Source of the DNA: an uncultured Bdellovibrionales bacterium
GTDB lineage: Bacteria > Bdellovibrionota > Bdellovibrionia > Bdellovibrionales > JAMPXM01
DNA length: 64,000 bases
Assembly: GCA_964543475.1 (NCBI GenBank)
Contig: CAZIYJ010000012.1
Coordinates: 25,951-89,950, forward strand
Direction: 5' to 3'
The notes under the pieces are model-generated. The model was not told where the DNA came from and did no database searches. It saw nothing but the letters and a program-made list of their open reading frames with translations. Each line of letters opens with the position of its first letter. Position 1 is the stretch's first letter. Positions 57,380 through 64,000 of the stretch are shown here, piece after piece. The position numbers and the translations under genes were made by a program.

Positions 57380-57844
57380 ATGAAAAGCGAGAGAGTTGTT
57401 TTTGTTCGCAGAGTTCATTTTAGTGCGGCCCATGCCTACGCGAAGCCTGGCGCGAGCTTTGATGAAAACAAAAAGCTCTACGGATCATCTGCGATGCCCT
57501 CGGGACTAGGTCATAACTTTAGACTCGAAGCTCACTTTCGAGGCGAAATCGATTCTCAAACAGGAATGATCATCAACCTTGCAGACATCGACACGTGGTT
57601 AAAGAAGTTGGTCGCACCACTTGATCACCACCATCTAAATAAAGACGTTGAATTTTTTAAGTCAAATGTGCCGACCGCAGAAAATATCGCAAGATACTGT
57701 TTTGATTCTCTGAAAAAAATCATGACGACTGTTCAAATGATTCACAAACCGATGAATAAATCAGCCCGCCTTCTGAAAGTTCGCTTGTACGAAGGTGAAG
57801 ATCTTTGGGTTGATTATTCTGACTCGCCAATTGAGGTTGAATGA
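57380..57844 (+). CDS. queD: 6-pyruvoyl-/6-carboxy-tetrahydropterin synthase family protein
   Basis: FSAAHAY, GLGHNFRLEAHF, TGMIINLADID and LDHHHLN are typical of the PTPS/QueD fold. Confidence 0.8.
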   Translation: MKSERVVFVRRVHFSAAHAYAKPGASFDENKKLYGSSAMPSGLGHNFRLEAHFRGEIDSQTGMIINLADIDTWLKKLVAPLDHHHLNKDVEFFKSNVPTAENIARYCFDSLKKIMTTVQMIHKPMNKSARLLKVRLYEGEDLWVDYSDSPIEVE

Positions 57845-58422
57845 GCTCCATCTACAAGATTTTCGCAAAAGGCCTTCTGACAATTCTACCGATTACAATT
57901 ACCGTGTACTTAGTCGCATGGCTTATTGAAACTCTAGAGAGTGGATTTTCAACACCCGTAAAACGATTCTTACCCGAGAGCGCATACATTCCAGGATTGG
58001 GGTTAATTTTAAGCCTCACCTTTATTTTTACCATTGGGCTTTTGGTCAATAATCTTATCGCCAACCAAATTCTCTCGAAACTTGAAAGCTCTCTTAAAAA
58101 AATTCCTCTTGTGAAAGCTATTTACTCTCCGCTTAAAGATGTCATGAATTTGTTTGCCGGACAGCAAGCCGGAAAAAGAACAGTTCTTGTAAGCGTTGCG
58201 CCTGGAGTTCGAATTCTTGGTCTCGTAACTCGCGATGACTTCGATGATCTCGGAAACATTATTGGCAACACTGAAGTTGCTGTCTTCGTACCGTTTTCGT
58301 ATGCAATGGGCGGCTACACTATTATTGCAAACAAGAGTCAGCTGACTGAGGTGGATTTGTCTGCTGAAAAGGCGATGCAGTTGTCTCTGACAGCTTGGGT
58401 GAAGTCTCGACCGCAAGTTTAA
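57841..58422 (+). CDS. DUF502 family membrane protein
   Basis: ATGA overlap with queD. KGLLTILPITITVYLVAWL, followed by the soluble region PGVRILGLVT. Confidence 0.7.
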   Translation: MSSIYKIFAKGLLTILPITITVYLVAWLIETLESGFSTPVKRFLPESAYIPGLGLILSLTFIFTIGLLVNNLIANQILSKLESSLKKIPLVKAIYSPLKDVMNLFAGQQAGKRTVLVSVAPGVRILGLVTRDDFDDLGNIIGNTEVAVFVPFSYAMGGYTIIANKSQLTEVDLSAEKAMQLSLTAWVKSRPQV

Positions 58423-58431
58423 ATTATTACG

Positions 58432-59196
58432 TCACTTCTTTAGCGTCAGTAAAACGGGGCAATGATCTGACCCCTTAATATCGCACAAGTGAGAAGCTGC
58501 CTTTAATCGATCGCGATGTTCCTCATTGGCAACGAAGTAATCAAGTCGCCAACCGATATTCTTTTCGCGAACTCCAGGACGATAGCTCCACCAAGTATAA
58601 TGCCCGCCCTCTTTTTCGAATTCTCGGAAAGTGTCGACATATCCATGTGTGAGTAGCTCTTCCATCCAAGCGCGCTCTTCAGGTAAGAAACCCGCATTTT
58701 TGGTGTTAGTTTTTGGATTTTTTAAATCGATTTCTTTGTGCGCGATATTGAAGTCACCGCAGATTATCACGTGCTTCCCTTTTTTCTTGTAACCATCCAA
58801 ATGCCGTCGCATCTGTTGACAGAACTCAAGTTTGAAAGGAAGCCTTGCGTGATCTCTCTGGCTATTGGGAAAGTATGAATTCACCAATACAAAATCTTTA
58901 AATTCTAAAGTGAGAACTCGTCCTTCAGTGTCGGCAACTTTATGGCCGATGCCTTTTATTACCTCGAGAGGTTCGGTACGAGAGTAAACTGCGACTCCGC
59001 TATAGCCGAGCTTGTCTGCTGGATTCCAAAAAGAATGGTAGCTCTTTGGGTGCTTGATGGGTTCTTTTAAAACATCAGGATTAACTTTTATTTCTTGAAG
59101 ACAAATTAAGTCTGCTTTTGCCTGTTCGATGAAATCAAAAAATCCTTTTGTGTGAACCGAACGCAATCCATTCACATTCCAACTTACCAATTTCAT
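58432..59196 (-). CDS. xthA: Exodeoxyribonuclease III
   Basis: MKLVSWNVNGLRS, CLQEIK, CGDFNIAH and SDHCPV. 254 aa. Confidence 0.9.
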   Translation of the reverse strand: MKLVSWNVNGLRSVHTKGFFDFIEQAKADLICLQEIKVNPDVLKEPIKHPKSYHSFWNPADKLGYSGVAVYSRTEPLEVIKGIGHKVADTEGRVLTLEFKDFVLVNSYFPNSQRDHARLPFKLEFCQQMRRHLDGYKKKGKHVIICGDFNIAHKEIDLKNPKTNTKNAGFLPEERAWMEELLTHGYVDTFREFEKEGGHYTWWSYRPGVREKNIGWRLDYFVANEEHRDRLKAASHLCDIKGSDHCPVLLTLKK

Positions 59197-59199
59197 ATA

Positions 59200-59943
59200 T
59201 CAAGAGGCAGAATTTAAAGCCTGGCTGCTAATGACTGGTGGCTTTTGAGATTTTGATTGAACTTGAAACATATAACCCTTGTTTGGAACTGAAACTAAGT
59301 AGCCTGATCGTCTACCAAGCTTTCTGCGAAGTGAACAAATATGTTTGTCAACAGTGCGTGCCACGACATGCATCTTCTTGCCCCAAACTTCGGTCAATAT
59401 AAAATCACGCGACAAGGCTTTATTGAGGTTACGAGAGAGAAGAAATAAAATTCTAAATTCATTTGGCGTGAGATCAAGGTCTTCAGTCGAAGTATCGTCA
59501 GTGGCGACAACTCGAAGAGTTCCAGCACAAAAGCGAAGTTCTGCAGCCCAGTGGAAATCTGTTTTAATCGCAGGGAGTGAATCTTTTAACCTCGCACGAA
59601 CTCGCACCTTTAGTTCAAGAGGTTCAATCGGTAGGCTTAAGTACTCGTCACAGCCTGCTTCAAAGGCACTACTTAGCTGCAGCATACATTTTTCATTACT
59701 TAAGATGAAAACTTGAGAATTTACATAGTGATCAAGCTTTTTCAAAAATGAAACGAGAGTCGTTGCGTCTTTGAAAGTAGCGTAACTTACAGCGCAGATT
59801 AAAATGTCAAAGAAAGAGTCTTCCGCTAACTCGTTGGCTTTTGCGAAATCAGATACGAACTCAATTGCGAACATATCGCCTATTGCATCAGTGACCAGCT
59901 TTGCTGTTTCTTCGTTCGACTGAACTACTAGAGCACGTTTCAC
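59200..59943 (-). CDS. Atypical OmpR/PhoB-type response regulator (pseudo-receiver + winged helix)
   Basis: The C-terminal trans_reg_C region is LTPNEFRILFLL...TEVWG...RTVDKHICSLRRKL...GYMF. In the receiver, the acidic pocket is VVQSNEE, the acceptor position reads ILICAV (no Asp), and the conserved Lys is replaced (YLSLP). Confidence 0.75.
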   Translation of the reverse strand: MKRALVVQSNEETAKLVTDAIGDMFAIEFVSDFAKANELAEDSFFDILICAVSYATFKDATTLVSFLKKLDHYVNSQVFILSNEKCMLQLSSAFEAGCDEYLSLPIEPLELKVRVRARLKDSLPAIKTDFHWAAELRFCAGTLRVVATDDTSTEDLDLTPNEFRILFLLSRNLNKALSRDFILTEVWGKKMHVVARTVDKHICSLRRKLGRRSGYLVSVPNKGYMFQVQSKSQKPPVISSQALNSAS

Positions 59944-60099
59944 GAAATTCCTTCGGAGATATACCTATCACTCGATGTACTGCTAGTAGTTTAGATTTAG
60001 CTGAATTAGACCATCAAGTCCGGGATTGATTTTCCTAACAAAGATTATTTATCCTAAGACTAAGGTCTTGGTGCCTTATTCGTTATTTAGACCAATCGA

Positions 60100-60258
60100 T
60101 CATTCGCGCGACCGTAAACGTTTCTTTGTGTCGCTCTCGGTGTAAAGCTCCGCGCCGAGAATTCCCAAACCAACGATGATTAGGCCAATCACTAAGAAAC
60201 CAATGACGAGCGGGATAGTGAGACCAAGCACAGTTGCAATGTACGAGAGCCATTCCAT
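60100..60258 (-). CDS. Small (52 aa) membrane protein, below the ORF-track size cut-off
   Basis: GGGAGG with a 6-nt spacer before ATG 60258. Hand translation gives MEWLSYIATVLGLTIPLVIGFLVIGLIIVGLGILGAELYTESDTKKRLRSRE. The 66-aa track ORF at 60083..60283 is in another frame, is Trp/His/Arg-rich and looks non-coding. Confidence 0.5.
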   Translation of the reverse strand: MEWLSYIATVLGLTIPLVIGFLVIGLIIVGLGILGAELYTESDTKKRLRSRE

Positions 60259-60510
60259 GACAAACCTCCCTAGCTGTAACCATACCCGATTAAAGCGACA
60301 CCCTGGTCGAGATATAAAATTAGCTTAGGAAACGTATAAACTCTTGTAGACGTTAACTCACTTTCTTCTCGGAAAGATGCCTCAATTGAAGAATCGGTCT
60401 TGAAATTAGACAGAGAAACCAGTCACACTTAACTTATATCTTACGAGGGGGTAGTAGCCTTCAACGATTCAATAAATCGCTCATTAGTTCTCAATTCGAG
60501 CTATCAGCCT

Positions 60511-61005
60511 GTGAAACTCGTCTCCTGGCAAAAGGCGATAATACTCTGGTTCCAAGGAAAAGTAGAAATCTTGGAATACCACTCTTACGAGATACACAGC
60601 GCTAGCGCCTCATTCAAACTTCCGGCAGTCATGCGCCTGAAAAAATATGTCTCGCCTCGCAAATCAACCCGTCTCAAATTCTCAAGAGAAAATGTTTACC
60701 TGAGAGATAACTACACTTGTCAGTACTGTGCCGTGCAGTTTGGCGCAAAAGACCTCACTCTTGATCATGTGATTCCGGCTTCAAAAATGGGACGAAAAGA
60801 TTGGACTAATGTGGTTGCCGCTTGTCGAGAGTGCAATCATCGCAAGGCCAATCGTACTCCTCTAGGAGCGGCAATGCCGTTACTTACTGAACCAAAAGTT
60901 CCCACATGGCTTCCGGCGGTCAGACCCGAGTTCAGATTGTCTGAACAAACTCCAGATCAATGGCTTCCATATTTAATTCCGATGAAATCTGGTCGGACTG
61001 GTTAA
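60511..61005 (+). CDS. HNH endonuclease family protein
   Basis: CQYC...LDHVIPASKMG...NVVAACRECNHRKANRTP is an HNH/zinc-finger core. The reading frame stays open upstream to 60433. See the related finding. Confidence 0.8.
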   Translation: MKLVSWQKAIILWFQGKVEILEYHSYEIHSASASFKLPAVMRLKKYVSPRKSTRLKFSRENVYLRDNYTCQYCAVQFGAKDLTLDHVIPASKMGRKDWTNVVAACRECNHRKANRTPLGAAMPLLTEPKVPTWLPAVRPEFRLSEQTPDQWLPYLIPMKSGRTG

Positions 61006-61117
61006 GGAGAAGTGACGCTCTCTACAAGCTTCACATAAAGTGCAAACCACTCTCTTTTGAGTCTTTCAGCTTGCTATCAATAAGCTAAATTAAGATTTCA
61101 AGGATGAGGAGGTTCTG

Positions 61118-61531
61118 ATGATCCCTTTAAAAGTTCATAATGTGATCGACTATATTGTTGGTGTAGCTTTGGTGCTGTCGCCGTATGTTTTTGGCTTTGC
61201 AGATGTTACGGCCGCCCGAAATGTATTTTTAGTAGTGGGCTTAGCATGGCTCGCATACAGCTCACTCACCAACTACTACTATTCTGTTGCGAAGATTATT
61301 CCGCTCGGCGCGCACATGGCCTTAGATGCATTAGCAGGTATCGTGTTGATATTGTCGCCTGCTCTGTTCGGCTATCGTGACTTAATTTCTGACGGACAGT
61401 TTGCGCTTCACTTTGTAATGGGCATTGGCGCACTTGCTGTCGTTGCACTTACACGCACACGAACAGAAGAGGCAAAGACTCCGGTTGAGCGAACTGAAAT
61501 TCGCCATACCGAAGCTCCGCTGACTCGTTGA
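61118..61531 (+). CDS. SPW-repeat-like membrane protein
   Basis: GGAGG RBS. Four TM helices with duplicated LSPYVFGF and LSPALFGY elements. Confidence 0.45.
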   Translation: MIPLKVHNVIDYIVGVALVLSPYVFGFADVTAARNVFLVVGLAWLAYSSLTNYYYSVAKIIPLGAHMALDALAGIVLILSPALFGYRDLISDGQFALHFVMGIGALAVVALTRTRTEEAKTPVERTEIRHTEAPLTR

Positions 61532-61537
61532 TTTGGG

Positions 61538-61756
61538 CTAAAAAGCTATGAGTGGCTCAAAGAATGCGTAAATGCCGCCGCAGATAAAGAAGACCGAGAA
61601 GAGCCATGCACCGCCAACGACGTTATACATAAGGAAGTGTGAGCGCTCTTCTTCTTTTAATTTCTTAAAGCGATCGCGCCAGATTGAAAAGCTAAGCGCG
61701 CCCGCGATCATTAATAAAATCCCCAAAGTAAGTTGTAGAACTTCCGTGTTCCCCAT
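61538..61756 (-). CDS. Hypothetical two-TM small membrane protein
   Basis: 72 aa with two hydrophobic helices separated by RDRFKKLKEEERSH. Confidence 0.4.
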   Translation of the reverse strand: MGNTEVLQLTLGILLMIAGALSFSIWRDRFKKLKEEERSHFLMYNVVGGAWLFSVFFICGGIYAFFEPLIAF

Positions 61757-62004
61757 TTGCGTTTCTCTCCGAATTGACCCATGTGCAGGTTGTGAACGAT
61801 ATGTGTAAAAGTTATCACACTCCCAAAGATTGCGAAGCTGACCACCTGTCCAGTTAGGTTTAAGCCTAAGAACGGCACCTAAAACGAAATCTCTTCATAC
61901 CAAAAGTGCCCAGCTCATCTGTACACCGATTAGACAGTGGCAGCGGGCTTGCTGTTATCTGGCTTGAATAAAGAAGCCGAATAAAAATAGAGAGAGGTCT
62001 AGTT

Positions 62005-62775
62005 ATGGATTTGAGCAGCTATTGTCCCGTTTGCGGAACAACGATCCCGCAAGAGCGATATTTAAATGGAAAAGCAGTATGTGCATGTGGCTGGTGTTCT
62101 GATGCCCACATTGGAGCCGCCGAGAAAAAACAACAAAAACAAACAATCGGAATCTTCGTTGCAATCGCTGTAGTAGTGACGCTTGCATACGGACATATCA
62201 TCAGCTGGGGACCTCACGCAGGTTCGGCTCTTATTCTTCAAGCTGGGAGCACCTTTGGGATGCTCGGCGCTGAAGGCTATAAAGAATTAGCGCAAGCATG
62301 CGTTGATAATAATAAGTGGGATTGCGCTGAAAAATCTTATGTAAACCTCTTCCAAAAAACTAACGACGTAGAAGTTGTTGGCGAGCTTGCTGAACTACAA
62401 ACAAAACTTGAGCGCTTTCCTCAGGCAGCAGCAACTTACGAAACTTACTTCAAACTCGGCGGAAAAAATTCTGACGCCGCTTACTTCTTTGGTCAGGTTC
62501 TTGAGCAAATCAATCAAGACGAACGCGCAGTTGAAATGTACCAAACATCAATTGAGCTAAAACCAGAAAATCTCTCGATCAATGCAACTAGCGCACTTGT
62601 TCGCTTGTTGATGAAACAGGGTAAAAACTCTGAGGCTCGCGCAATTGTAAAGGCGTTCCACGAAGGTGCTGAAAATGCAAAAGGCTATTTGAATGCTGAA
62701 GCTACAGAGCTTGAGAAAATTCTTGGCCCATCAGTTCGCCGCCAAGTTCGTGCAAAAACTATTGTGCGAATGTAG
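62005..62775 (+). CDS. Zinc-ribbon / TM / TPR-repeat protein
   Basis: N-terminus CPVCG...CACGWC, one TM helix, then TPR-like helical repeats (AAATYETYFKLGGKNSDAAYFFGQVLEQ...). Confidence 0.55.
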   Translation: MDLSSYCPVCGTTIPQERYLNGKAVCACGWCSDAHIGAAEKKQQKQTIGIFVAIAVVVTLAYGHIISWGPHAGSALILQAGSTFGMLGAEGYKELAQACVDNNKWDCAEKSYVNLFQKTNDVEVVGELAELQTKLERFPQAAATYETYFKLGGKNSDAAYFFGQVLEQINQDERAVEMYQTSIELKPENLSINATSALVRLLMKQGKNSEARAIVKAFHEGAENAKGYLNAEATELEKILGPSVRRQVRAKTIVRM

Positions 62776-62806
62776 TTTGTTTCTCAAAATTTAGCGTCCC
62801 CTCTCA

Positions 62807-62839
62807 AGCCCGTTGTCATATTTGATACGGGCTTTTTTT
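62807..62839 (+). terminator. Rho-independent terminator
   Basis: AGCCCGT (62807-62813), 13-nt loop, ACGGGCT (62827-62833), followed by TTTTTT. Confidence 0.7.
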
Positions 62840-63014
62840 CACATCTTCAAGGTATTCTTGCTAGGTGAAATCTTCAAAGGGCTGATAAGCCTCGTTTAAA
62901 CACTCTTAAGCAAATTTCAGACAAAGAGCTCAAGCTTTACCCTTCACTCTCAGTTCAACTCCTTATATACGTCCCACACGTATTTCGAACCAATCGGGAC
63001 TGAAAGGGGCATTA

Positions 63015-63707
63015 ATGAATAAGCAAATTTTCATGTTCATAAGCATGATTTTGTTATCTTCAATCACTCCGGCCGGCGCTCCCATCTTGCATATTGATGA
63101 AGTGATGGCCCCGGCCCGCTTACAGCAAGCAAAAGAAATTTTCGGCCGAAAAAGCTCAGCAATCTCTCTGGTCAGCACAACAATCGAAAAAGAAAACCTC
63201 GTTGAATTTCTAATTGCACAACTCGATCAAGAACTTCCAGAAGCTTATAAAGCGCAAGCAGAAGAGATCGCAGGAACGATTCTTTCGACAAGCACCATCT
63301 ACTCACTCGATCCACTTCTGATTTTGGCAGTCATGCGACAAGAGAGCCACTACCAACCAGACGCAATGGGGCGACACGGTGAAATTGGATTAATGCAAAT
63401 TAAGCCCGAAACAGCTCGATGGATTGCTGGCCGCGTTGGGATCAACTGGTCTGACGAATCAACTCTCTTTGATCCGCAATTTAATATTCGAATCGGCACA
63501 GCCTACATCAGCTTCTTACGAAATCGATTCGAGAATCGGGGTAAGCATTACCTAGCCGCCTATAACCTCGGGCCCGCTGCACTTCGCAGCAAGCTAAAAA
63601 AGAACGAGCTCCCGGTTGAATACTCGACTTCCCTTACGCGTCACTACGCTAGTCTCTATAAAAACTGGCTTAAATTTGATGCTCAGCTGATTGCTGACTT
63701 TAACTAG
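63015..63707 (+). CDS. Soluble lytic murein transglycosylase (SLT domain)
   Basis: Signal peptide present. LILAVMRQESHYQPDAMGRHGEIGLMQI contains the catalytic Glu-Ser motif. AYNLGP is also present. Confidence 0.85.
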   Translation: MNKQIFMFISMILLSSITPAGAPILHIDEVMAPARLQQAKEIFGRKSSAISLVSTTIEKENLVEFLIAQLDQELPEAYKAQAEEIAGTILSTSTIYSLDPLLILAVMRQESHYQPDAMGRHGEIGLMQIKPETARWIAGRVGINWSDESTLFDPQFNIRIGTAYISFLRNRFENRGKHYLAAYNLGPAALRSKLKKNELPVEYSTSLTRHYASLYKNWLKFDAQLIADFN

Positions 63708-63782
63708 AGCCTAAAACCCCGACCAAAAAGTTGCCCCGACCCACATGACAAACCGCTTTGAGCGTGTTGTGCTATTTCTCAT

Positions 63783-64000
63783 ATGTCACCACAAGAACTT
63801 GCAGAAAAATTTCTTCGTGAATCGTCGCAGTTTAGACTCGGCGGACTCACTACCGAAAACCCTCATCCGCTCACAAAAAACTTAAGTGCAATGTCTGCGA
63901 CTCATCCTGGTGAAGCACTCAAGCTTTTCGGTCGCGTTGAAGCTGAAGCGCTTTCTAAGATGCGAGCTTATGCTGATCAAATCGAAGCCATGGGTCAGGC
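63783..64000 (+). CDS. Hypothetical protein, N-terminal fragment (possibly MurQ/GCKR-like SIS family)
   Basis: Open from ATG 63783 to the window end. LGGLTTENPHPLTKNLS weakly resembles the N-terminus of the etherase/GCKR family. Confidence 0.3.
   Translation, partial: MSPQELAEKFLRESSQFRLGGLTTENPHPLTKNLSAMSATHPGEALKLFGRVEAEALSKMRAYADQIEAMGQ

Overview
This is a densely coding 64-kb chromosomal window with about 70 CDS. I found no rRNA, tRNA, CRISPR array, transposase or integrase by eye. Housekeeping anchors are asnS, nnrD, dps, sohB, greA, nrnA, pdxJ, hisS, acs, nrdA/nrdB, queD and xthA.

The rest is rich in secreted or lipoprotein enzymes:
- four L,D-transpeptidase-fold proteins
- an M14 MpaA-like amidase and an SLT lytic transglycosylase
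- an EEP nuclease and a purple-acid-phosphatase-like esterase
- several alpha/beta hydrolases

It also carries families (TIGR02147/DUF4423-like, DUF4105, DUF3015-like) that recall Bdellovibrio-like predators. That is an inference from gene content only.

The best candidate for an undescribed system lies at 29.0-34.1 kb. A hicAB toxin-antitoxin pair and a decayed second copy of the neighbouring bfd-like gene precede an AT-richer four-gene cassette. Its genes are translationally coupled and encode an 80-aa Cys-terminated small protein, an orphan family-5 solute-binding protein, a short YcaO-like protein and an orphan sensor histidine kinase. No known YcaO partner, transporter or response regulator is present.

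Other items worth a second look:
- a membrane protein + YegD-type Hsp70-like ATPase + J-protein operon
- a PilZ-like methyltransferase paired with a membrane class III cyclase that carries a zinc ribbon
- a 40-nt element present twice (38/40 identical) in opposite orientation, upstream of greA and of an HD-GYP gene
- a SWIB-domain protein with a histone-H1-like tail
- a DUF4123-like protein with no T6SS genes nearby
- an ORF-free gap of about 800 nt upstream of nrdA containing a perfect DnaA box
- an OmpR-type regulator lacking the phospho-acceptor Asp

All family assignments come from motif recognition by eye. No searches were run.
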